25,111 bases of DNA from positions 1 through 25,111 of the IMG/VR virus record IMGVR_UViG_3300030043_000110; one strand, 5' to 3'. Positions 17,952 to 25,111 of the stretch are shown one piece after another (positions within the stretch are counted from its first letter, which is position 1; each line of letters opens with the position of its first letter). Both the position numbers and the translations under genes were made by a program. This DNA comes from a virus (lineage: Duplodnaviria > Caudoviricetes). A model generated the notes under the pieces. It was not told the DNA's origin and searched no databases. It worked only from the letters and a program-made list of their open reading frames with translations.

Positions 17952-18310
17952 GTGCAAATACATTTGATGATTATGAAGAAGCCGCAATGCGTACGGCTAA
18001 AGTCTTCGGTGAAGGTAAGAGATTTGGTCCAGAAGAAATGGATATGCTTCATGCGGCCTTGGGAGTTGCTAGTGACGCCGGTGAACTAGTAGACGCAATT
18101 AAAAAACATTTGATCTACGGTAAAGACTTAGATGTAGTTAATGTGCGCGAAGAGATTGGAGATGTAATGTGGTTTCTAGCTTTGATGTGTAAAGCTACTG
18201 GAATGGATTTGGATACAGTTTGCTTGAGAAACATCGCAAAATTGGCGAAGAGATATCCAGAGAAATATTCAGATGCATTGGCAGTATTGAGATTGGATAA
18301 AGCGGACTAA
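17948..18310 (+). CDS. MazG-like nucleoside triphosphate pyrophosphohydrolase
   Basis: LGVASDAGELVDAIKK...EEIGDVMWF...NIAKLAKRY signature. Confidence 0.88.
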   Translation: MSANTFDDYEEAAMRTAKVFGEGKRFGPEEMDMLHAALGVASDAGELVDAIKKHLIYGKDLDVVNVREEIGDVMWFLALMCKATGMDLDTVCLRNIAKLAKRYPEKYSDALAVLRLDKAD

Positions 18311-18314
18311 TAGT

Positions 18315-18509
18315 ATGGATGATTTCTTAGTCCACATAATTGCAGAAACTGTGAGAGATTCTCCTTGCATTCACAGTTGGATTCCAGTAGCTCCTATGTA
18401 TCGAATCTTAACTGATAGTATGACTGATGCAACTTACGTATGCCGTTACTGTGAATTCCAAATCAATAAACAAGTATTTGATGAAATAGGAAAGGAAAGA
18501 CAATCATGA
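18315..18509 (+). CDS. Small putative Zn-finger protein (64 aa)
   Basis: CIHSW...CRYC motif; ATGA overlap with the next gene. Confidence 0.6.
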   Translation: MDDFLVHIIAETVRDSPCIHSWIPVAPMYRILTDSMTDATYVCRYCEFQINKQVFDEIGKERQS

Positions 18510-19063
18510 GCAAGCATATTGTTTTGGATCTTGAAACACTGGGAACTAACCCAGGTTGTGTAGTTTTTGCTATTGGCGCGGTGGCCTTTGATACTGAAGT
18601 TGATACCCCCGGAAATTTTAGTAATCAATTCCATTCAGCGGTTTCTATTATGGACGCTATTGAACAAGGATTCACTATTAGCAGCAGTACGCTAAATTTC
18701 TGGAGGAATAAATATTCCGTAGAATATGAACTGGCTTGTAAATTAAGTGTAGGAATCTCTCCAGAAAAAGCTTGTAACTCTTTTAACAATTGGTATCAAA
18801 ATTTTTCATTGCACGGAAAAGAAAAAGTTTATGTGTGGGGCAATGGAAAAGAATTTGATAATGCAATTCTCAAGAATTATTTTGAACAATGCGGAGTAGA
18901 TCTACCGTGGACATTCAGAGAAGATATGGATTTTCGTACAGTCAAACTTTTATTCCCTCAATGCAAACCCAACGAGGATAATAAAGACCCGCATAATTCA
19001 TTAGCAGACGCAAAATATGAGGGTGAGTGGCTACAGAATATTTTGCGTCATATCGAGAAATAG
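18506..19063 (+). CDS. DEDDh 3'-5' exonuclease (Rv2179c-like exoribonuclease family)
   Basis: VLDLETLG, WGNG..FDNAIL, D.RT and HNSLADAKYE motifs. Confidence 0.88.
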   Translation: MSKHIVLDLETLGTNPGCVVFAIGAVAFDTEVDTPGNFSNQFHSAVSIMDAIEQGFTISSSTLNFWRNKYSVEYELACKLSVGISPEKACNSFNNWYQNFSLHGKEKVYVWGNGKEFDNAILKNYFEQCGVDLPWTFREDMDFRTVKLLFPQCKPNEDNKDPHNSLADAKYEGEWLQNILRHIEK

Positions 19064-19065
19064 AA

Positions 19066-19371
19066 ATGGCATACCATCAATATTTCCCACAAGAATGGAT
19101 TGATTTACAGATTGAACTCTCATATCACGAAGATGCAATTATCAAAGTGATGCAAGCAACTGATTATGTACAATCTAATCCATTCGAAAAAACAATTGGT
19201 ATGGGTGATCCGCAAGTTGCATTTCTTACAAAACTAGTTGCCATTTGTACCTATTGTGAAGTAGTTGTAGATGGGGAGTATAGTCCAAAGCAGATTAATG
19301 AACTGTGTACTATACTTACACATAAACTCAGAGGTATGAGAAAGGAATGGAGGGTAGATCATCATGAGTAG
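19066..19371 (+). CDS. Hypothetical protein (101 aa)
   Basis: ATG 19066 just after the upstream stop is preferred over 19027. Confidence 0.7.
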   Translation: MAYHQYFPQEWIDLQIELSYHEDAIIKVMQATDYVQSNPFEKTIGMGDPQVAFLTKLVAICTYCEVVVDGEYSPKQINELCTILTHKLRGMRKEWRVDHHE

Positions 19372-19645
19372 TTTCAGCCAAGCACTTGAACATTTACGTA
19401 TGGGAAAAAAATTAACTAGAGAAGGCCATGAGAAGCATTGGTTTATTTTTCTAGTTAACGGGTCTAAATTCACAGTCAACCGCGCCCCTTTAAATACAAT
19501 TCTTATTGAAGGAGCAGAAGTTAACTATCGCCCGCATATAGATATCATGTATGATCTAGGTACAATAGAAAATAAAATTGCAGTTTGGACTCCTAATATT
19601 ACAGAAATATTAGCTATGGATTGGGTAGTTCTTACTCAAGAGTAA
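19364..19645 (+). CDS. tad2: DUF2829 / Tad2-like protein (Thoeris anti-defence sponge family)
   Basis: F..AL..L..GKKLTR.G, FIFL, P.ID and W.P...EILA.DW pattern. Confidence 0.75.
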   Translation: MSSFSQALEHLRMGKKLTREGHEKHWFIFLVNGSKFTVNRAPLNTILIEGAEVNYRPHIDIMYDLGTIENKIAVWTPNITEILAMDWVVLTQE

Positions 19646-19673
19646 AAAAATGGCCCACTGTTTCTAGTGGGCC
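19644..19673 (-). terminator. Rho-independent terminator at the convergence of the two gene blocks
   Basis: GGCCCACT 19652-19659/AGTGGGCC 19666-19673 with A7 at 19644-19650 (U-tract on the - strand). Confidence 0.85.
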
Positions 19674-19717
19674 TAATTACAACAGGAGACTCAATTCTTT
19701 CTTACTAACTTCCCTCA

Positions 19718-20206
19718 CTACTGAATTGGTGGAAGTATCACAATAACTACATCACTCAGTACAAGTAACAAATCATCAGGAGCTATCTTATTCGCCGGTG
19801 CAACTAGCGGTAGCAAAAACCCAGCAGCTTCCAATCCAGCAGCTACAAGTTCGCTGCAAAACCAAGTATCTGGTTTCCTCCAATTCCTTCCTGCAACAAA
19901 TCCCATAATACCTTCTTCATCATACTCTTTTCCAATCTGATTAGTGATGAATTCATAATAATCTTTTTGAATTTGGTCACTAGTTTGGAGTGAGATTCTG
20001 AAAGTATTATCAGTTACAGAGAGATAATCTGCTGGTCTGATTTGTACTCCAGCCGGCTTCCCACCAGTTACGTCATCGCGGGATCCCAGTAGATTTCCAT
20101 CTGGTAGAACTGAATCTACGTGTGAGAATCTACCGTGATCGTACCACTCAATCACACGTGATCCGAGACTAGTAGCTGAACAGAATTGCAATACAATAGT
20201 TCCCAT
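19718..20206 (-). CDS. Permuted papain-like NlpC/P60 (YiiX/YaeF-like) enzyme
   Basis: FSHVD His precedes WFCSELV Cys; QIGKEYD motif. Confidence 0.82.
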   Translation of the reverse strand: MGTIVLQFCSATSLGSRVIEWYDHGRFSHVDSVLPDGNLLGSRDDVTGGKPAGVQIRPADYLSVTDNTFRISLQTSDQIQKDYYEFITNQIGKEYDEEGIMGFVAGRNWRKPDTWFCSELVAAGLEAAGFLLPLVAPANKIAPDDLLLVLSDVVIVILPPIQ

Positions 20207-20241
20207 GGCGGCCTCTAGTAGTTTTGAGTTGGCAAGACTTG

Positions 20242-20652
20242 TTACATATGGGAGCCGGTTTGCACTCCAGCCAGAATTTCAGGAGCTGCAGTAGGAGTCG
20301 GAGTTTGTGTAGATACTCCGCCAACAATTGAATTTCCAATCTGTTCACCAACTCCTGCAGCAGTTTCTCCAGCTCCTAGCGCTGCGAGTTTAGTTTGAAT
20401 TGCAGAGAAGATTCCGCCAATTACTTGAGCAGCTGCAGGTACTGCTGCATTCTCTGCAGGAATTACAGCTGCTACGATATTGGCAAGAGCTGCTTGAGCT
20501 TTAATTCCACCAGACACAGGATTAATCCATTCTTGAGGATTAGCTTCGATGTCTGCCAAAGTAGAATTGGCCGCTGCAAAAAGAGGAGGAAGAACATTAG
20601 TTGCTGCCAGTGCTGCAAGTTCACCAAAGATTTGAGAGACGGCATTCGACAT
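20242..20652 (-). CDS. Ala-rich hypothetical protein (136 aa)
   Basis: GGAG RBS; ORF track. Confidence 0.75.
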   Translation of the reverse strand: MSNAVSQIFGELAALAATNVLPPLFAAANSTLADIEANPQEWINPVSGGIKAQAALANIVAAVIPAENAAVPAAAQVIGGIFSAIQTKLAALGAGETAAGVGEQIGNSIVGGVSTQTPTPTAAPEILAGVQTGSHM

Positions 20653-20699
20653 GATAGACTCCAGTTGTAAAAAAGAAAAACTACGTTAGATACAACGAC

Positions 20700-21197
20700 C
20701 TACTTAACTCTTGTCCACGTAATAGTACCAATTGCATTAAGTGTTGACACTCCAAAATTAGCTTGACCTCCACATCTATATACAGTTGCAGTAGTCACAT
20801 TAACTAAAACAGGGGGCGACGATATGTACTGTCCCCCTCCTACAGTAAAAGTTGCCTGCAATTGAGTTGTAGTTTGCGGTGTATTGGGATCAGTATTAGC
20901 TACACTATTCACACCTGCGATAAGTGCAGAGACTGTAGTAGTGCCAGCAGGCGCGAAGAATATTGAACACTGTACATTCCAAACTCCTGGGTTCAGAGAC
21001 TGAGTAATTAAATCTGCGTAAGTAGCAGAAGTTAGTCCAGTAGAAGATCCAGTAAGAGTTCCGTGCTCCCCTAAAAACCCAGTCACTGCAGCAGTTCCAG
21101 TTTGGTCACCGTACACAGGACCTGGAACTTGATTAAGTCCAGCCTGTGAAGAAGTTGCAATTCCTGCAAGGAGAAGAGCAAGAAATAGTTTTTTCAT
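20700..21197 (-). CDS. Signal-peptide-bearing beta-rich protein (165 aa)
   Basis: MKKLFLALLLAGIATSSQA signal; G/T/S/A-rich beta-sandwich-like C-terminus; AAGGAG RBS. Confidence 0.75.
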   Translation of the reverse strand: MKKLFLALLLAGIATSSQAGLNQVPGPVYGDQTGTAAVTGFLGEHGTLTGSSTGLTSATYADLITQSLNPGVWNVQCSIFFAPAGTTTVSALIAGVNSVANTDPNTPQTTTQLQATFTVGGGQYISSPPVLVNVTTATVYRCGGQANFGVSTLNAIGTITWTRVK

Positions 21198-21208
21198 TTC
21201 ATGTCTCC

Positions 21209-21670
21209 TTATTTCTGTTTGGCTGTAAATGCTTGAGCTGTAGTAGCCCCAAAGATATTCACAGTTTGATTTGTTACAGTATTTTCTTCCATCACAAAAG
21301 ATGAATTTGGTAGGAGTAGAATAGAGCCAGATACTGCGGAGGCCGCACTACCAAAATTAATGTATAGATTACCAGTTGATAGATTCTGGATGAACAAGTA
21401 CTGTCTAGTTGTATTGGCTGCAAAAACTTGTTGTGATGTACCACCAGCTGTAATTGTACCAGACCCATCTGTGAGAGCCGCCGAAGTTCCCCCCCCAGAA
21501 GAAGTTACTGAGAGCGCCCCAGAACTGGAACAAGCAACATTGGGATAGAATGCAACTCCAGTTACAGGAGTAGAATATGTATCATTTGGGTCACATTGAA
21601 TGACAACTGCTTTAGCTTGACTGGTAGCCAGCAACGCAGTGATTAGAAGTAATTTCTTAAATACTTTCAT
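21209..21670 (-). CDS. Signal-peptide-bearing beta-rich protein (153 aa)
   Basis: MKVFKKLLLITALLATSQAKA signal; RQYLFIQNLSTGNLYINFG...G.LLLPN jelly-roll-like pattern. Confidence 0.75.
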   Translation of the reverse strand: MKVFKKLLLITALLATSQAKAVVIQCDPNDTYSTPVTGVAFYPNVACSSSGALSVTSSGGGTSAALTDGSGTITAGGTSQQVFAANTTRQYLFIQNLSTGNLYINFGSAASAVSGSILLLPNSSFVMEENTVTNQTVNIFGATTAQAFTAKQK

Positions 21671-24600
21671 TGCTGTGCTCCGATAGAAGGATTTTCTGAT
21701 GAGTACGACATACCTGAAACTGGATCAACTCTAGAACCATCTAGTGCGTAACCGCCGCCCATAATAGTTTGCATCGATTGAGAATACTTTCCATTAAGAT
21801 TCATTGCCAATCGATTTCCCTGAGAGACATTAGCTTGCTTCATTGCACTAAACATCCACTTGCTAAAATTACGTTGGTTACCACCATTAGCTGTATATTC
21901 ATGTGAGAAATTATTTACTTGATCTAGAGTTGGTTGCTCACCGGCGCGAAGTGTAGTTTTCAACGATTCACCAAGTTGGTTCTGAGCATCGACATCTGCG
22001 GCTTGATAAGCAGCTACTCTATAAGTGGCATCATTAGTAATAGCTTCATCTAATGGTCTACCTCCTGAGAGCCGCGCCAGTGTTGCAATGCTCATCAAAT
22101 CATTAGCTCCTAGAATATTTCCTTTAGCTGATGTAGAATAGGCAACACCGTTCCCAGTAGTAGCTTGCAATGTCTGAGCTAATCCTGCCAGTGGTCGAGA
22201 GATTGCATTGTGCTCTAGTCCACTCAGTAATGATTCCCATACATTTCCTCCCTGTGCAATCTTACTAGCTGTATCTTTTAGATTTCCAAAGAATCTACCC
22301 CAGGAGTTTACGATAGGAACATCAGAAAGTGACGTAGGGATTACTGTCATATTTCTAGGATTCAAATCTCCGCGACTATACAAGTTTGTTCGTAGGAGAT
22401 TTGACGGGAGTCCGTACATAAGAAAATCTCCCGCTGTCTTTCCAAGAATTCCGTACGTGGCATCATACAAATCCCGGTGCATCGGGTTGCCGCTGGCAGT
22501 TCCAACGATGTGTTGATTGATGAAATTAAACGCAGGCAACGATTGCATTCCATAGATTGTTCCTTGCAAACCAAGGAGTGTAGCAACATCCTTTCCACTA
22601 CCTTCGGCGACATGACGTAGCAATTGCTGGAGGATATTAAATTGATAGGTTTGAAAGAGACCAATTGCTTGTCCGATCGGCCCTTGGAACATAATAGGTC
22701 TTTGAGAAGCAAGCATATTTCCACGGACGCGATTGACAAAAGTGTTAATGTACGCACGGGCTTGTTCTGCATTTATGACTCCACCTTGCTGACCAATATC
22801 TGTGATCTGTCTCATTACATCTGCAGCTAGAAAACCTTGGAACTGTTCTGAGAGTTTTGAACCAGAATATTTTGCGCCAACCTCTGCTAAATCTTTAGCT
22901 TTTCCAAATGCGGATTGTAGTTTCTGGCTAAGAATTTGGTGAGTTTCAGTTCCATTAATTGTTAGATCATCTAAAAGTGATCTAAATGGAGCGGGCCCAT
23001 CTTTAATCCAGCCATTTTCACGATAAAAATCTGACAGGATTTTACCACTTGCTTTATTTGCTCCAGCTTCATCTACGAAATTTTTAATTGCATTACCGAT
23101 CAACTTACTTGGAGATCGAATAAAGTCTTGAATCTGAGGAAGTTTGACATTCTGCAATTTAGCTAGATCGCCAGCTACATCTCCATTTCCAGATCTAATA
23201 GCTCGGAGAAGCGAAGTCATTTCAGTTCCATTCAGAACTTGGTGACCAATTGCATAGTTTACAGAATTGAGAGGATCTAAACGTAGTGTAAGAGTGGCTA
23301 GTAGTGAATTCGCACGGCCAATGAAATTGCGAAGAACTCCTGAATTCGGAGATTTATTAGCTAGCGCGTAAGTAGCTGCATCTTGATATGCAGATTTCAA
23401 CCCATAAGATTGTAGTGCTGAATTCACTGCGTCTAGATCTTCTGGACTCTTAGCTGCATTAAATACATTGGAAATAGTATTCCACGCAGTACTAACTGCT
23501 CCATCTAGCTTATCATTCAAACCTTGCCAGAGCGGGTGTTCAGATACGCGACTAATATTGAGTGCAGATTTAACATAGCCTGTGTACGGATTCGCCGGTG
23601 CATCTTCCGCAAGTGGTAACTTTGAACCATAATGCGATGCATTCGTAATGTTCCACTGTTCACTTAGCCTCCGAAGTTCTGAGAACTCAGTTTGGTATTT
23701 CATATTAACTAGTTCGCGAGCCAATACATCACTGCCTCGTAAATGGAAATCTTTTAAGTCTTGTACAATCTTAACTGGATCAGTTTGTGGAAAGAACTGA
23801 GAATTAATACCTTTACTTTGAATCTCTGAATCAATATAATTCTCATGCAATGTACGGTCCCATTGATAGTCATCGATTGTTTTGTGAAACTCTTCAGACT
23901 GCGCCTTAGTAATTACTCGATATGGATCAGGAACTTTCTGAATCAATCCGTCCAAATCTGAGGCAGACTGCGCATGGATCATTTTAATGTGACCCGCACC
24001 AGTTACTGTAGGGTCAGTTACAAATGCGAAGTGTGGGTAGTCTTTAGGATTTGGTTTCAGTGGATAGAATGTATCGGCGTCCTTAGAATCTTCCAATCCT
24101 TGGGCAGCTCTAATTTCTTTCATTGTAGAAAGTCGATCACCGTTAGTTTCAATGTGTGCGCGAATTGCATCTGCTGTCTCTGCATTACCAATTGGAATTT
24201 GTACTCGAGCGCCAGGCTGTAATTGTGGAGCTTCTGCATCTTTACCGGTTGCGATTGCATCTTGATATCGTTTCCAGCTACGAGCTATTAGCTGCGGGCT
24301 TCCATTAGCATCTTCCCCCAATACATACTTTTCAGTGGTCTGAGACATTTCTGCATTGAGAGCGGAGAATTCAATAGCTGCTTGTGGCTTTGCGCCCAGT
24401 GCATACAGCGGTCCATCCATTCTAGTTCCTACATTCTCCTTCAGAAGCCGCTGAAGATCTGATGTAGCTTTCCCAATATTCTCAGTAAGCGAGGCCAAAG
24501 ATCCGTATGTGCCATTAGAGAAACGGAAAAAGCCAGGACCGCTACCAAATCTATTGGCTTTAAGAAGTGTTTGTTTTGGTATGGAGATAAATCTATCAAG

Positions 24601-25111
24601 TATGGATGAGTCGCCCACACCTTTCGCAAATACATTATCGAAAGATGTCTGTGCAACTTTTTGCATAGCCGCAATACGGCCCATACCACTAACGATATTT
24701 CCATTAGCATCTTGGTATGCCTTTGTGTTGTAAGCTACTTTAGCCCAGGAGGGTTTAGTATCTAAGTCGTAAACACCTTTTGCACTAGACCAAAGTTTGC
24801 GTTGAATTAGATCCTGTGTATATTTTTGAGCTACAGTTTGACGTGCAAGCAAATCTTGCACAGGATCTACAGAAGCTGTATGTTCTAGAGAATCGCGAGA
24901 TACATTAGTTGCTTTTGAAATCCAGTCAGTATTTTTTCCAGCTGCCAATAGATTTTGTGCAGTTGACATCTTAATTTCTTTCAATCGCTGCAGCATATCA
25001 GATGGAGTCTGCACAGTCGAAGAACTACCATCGGCCTCCTTAACTACTACAGGAGTTTTCTGCAAATATGCTTGTTCCAGCATTGGAATATCAGATCCAT
25101 CTATCTGTTGT
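21667..25111 (-). CDS. Large probable internal virion/ejection protein (5'-truncated, more than 1140 aa)
   Basis: Frame stays open from 25110 (QQIDGSDIP before M at 25083); helical A/Q/G/N-rich composition; late-strand position. The function is inference. Confidence 0.7.
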   Translation of the reverse strand, partial: QQIDGSDIPMLEQAYLQKTPVVVKEADGSSSTVQTPSDMLQRLKEIKMSTAQNLLAAGKNTDWISKATNVSRDSLEHTASVDPVQDLLARQTVAQKYTQDLIQRKLWSSAKGVYDLDTKPSWAKVAYNTKAYQDANGNIVSGMGRIAAMQKVAQTSFDNVFAKGVGDSSILDRFISIPKQTLLKANRFGSGPGFFRFSNGTYGSLASLTENIGKATSDLQRLLKENVGTRMDGPLYALGAKPQAAIEFSALNAEMSQTTEKYVLGEDANGSPQLIARSWKRYQDAIATGKDAEAPQLQPGARVQIPIGNAETADAIRAHIETNGDRLSTMKEIRAAQGLEDSKDADTFYPLKPNPKDYPHFAFVTDPTVTGAGHIKMIHAQSASDLDGLIQKVPDPYRVITKAQSEEFHKTIDDYQWDRTLHENYIDSEIQSKGINSQFFPQTDPVKIVQDLKDFHLRGSDVLARELVNMKYQTEFSELRRLSEQWNITNASHYGSKLPLAEDAPANPYTGYVKSALNISRVSEHPLWQGLNDKLDGAVSTAWNTISNVFNAAKSPEDLDAVNSALQSYGLKSAYQDAATYALANKSPNSGVLRNFIGRANSLLATLTLRLDPLNSVNYAIGHQVLNGTEMTSLLRAIRSGNGDVAGDLAKLQNVKLPQIQDFIRSPSKLIGNAIKNFVDEAGANKASGKILSDFYRENGWIKDGPAPFRSLLDDLTINGTETHQILSQKLQSAFGKAKDLAEVGAKYSGSKLSEQFQGFLAADVMRQITDIGQQGGVINAEQARAYINTFVNRVRGNMLASQRPIMFQGPIGQAIGLFQTYQFNILQQLLRHVAEGSGKDVATLLGLQGTIYGMQSLPAFNFINQHIVGTASGNPMHRDLYDATYGILGKTAGDFLMYGLPSNLLRTNLYSRGDLNPRNMTVIPTSLSDVPIVNSWGRFFGNLKDTASKIAQGGNVWESLLSGLEHNAISRPLAGLAQTLQATTGNGVAYSTSAKGNILGANDLMSIATLARLSGGRPLDEAITNDATYRVAAYQAADVDAQNQLGESLKTTLRAGEQPTLDQVNNFSHEYTANGGNQRNFSKWMFSAMKQANVSQGNRLAMNLNGKYSQSMQTIMGGGYALDGSRVDPVSGMSYSSENPSIGAQQ

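Noticed and set aside
14069-18310. Z-base (2-aminoadenine) genome system suggested by PolA plus MazG
   Set aside because: No PurZ or DatZ-like HD phosphohydrolase in the window
21696-21741. Second hammerhead-like string CTGATGA-GTA...TAC-CT-GAAA
   Set aside because: Two extra nucleotides break the stem II/GAAA junction, stem III is imperfect, there is no stem I, and it is antisense within a CDS

Overview
This window looks like the left arm of an AT-rich dsDNA phage genome, probably starting at or near a genome end (C8 run at 1-8). The + strand (to 19645) carries a hairpin-rich non-coding leader, small early genes, a nested inverted-repeat region (candidate origin, 1357-1669) and sigma70-like promoters. 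It also carries a replication/recombination module: RecD-like SF1B helicase, Cas4-like PD-(D/E)XK nuclease, Sak4/AAA_24 ATPase, DUF3310, putative SSB, family A DNA polymerase, DUF3987 P-loop ATPase, MazG-like pyrophosphatase, DEDDh exonuclease and a divergent Tad2/DUF2829. A convergent terminator at about 19650 is followed by - strand late genes: a permuted NlpC/P60 protein, two signal-peptide beta-rich proteins and a large probable internal virion protein that runs off the window. The best non-obvious signal is a complete type II hammerhead ribozyme (3088-3146) between an Ala-repeat gene and a run of small membrane-protein ORFs. It is one of several intergenic RNA structures (an H-type pseudoknot and long hairpins) that together suggest RNA-level processing of the early transcript. 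Family assignments come from motifs read by eye; no database searches were run.
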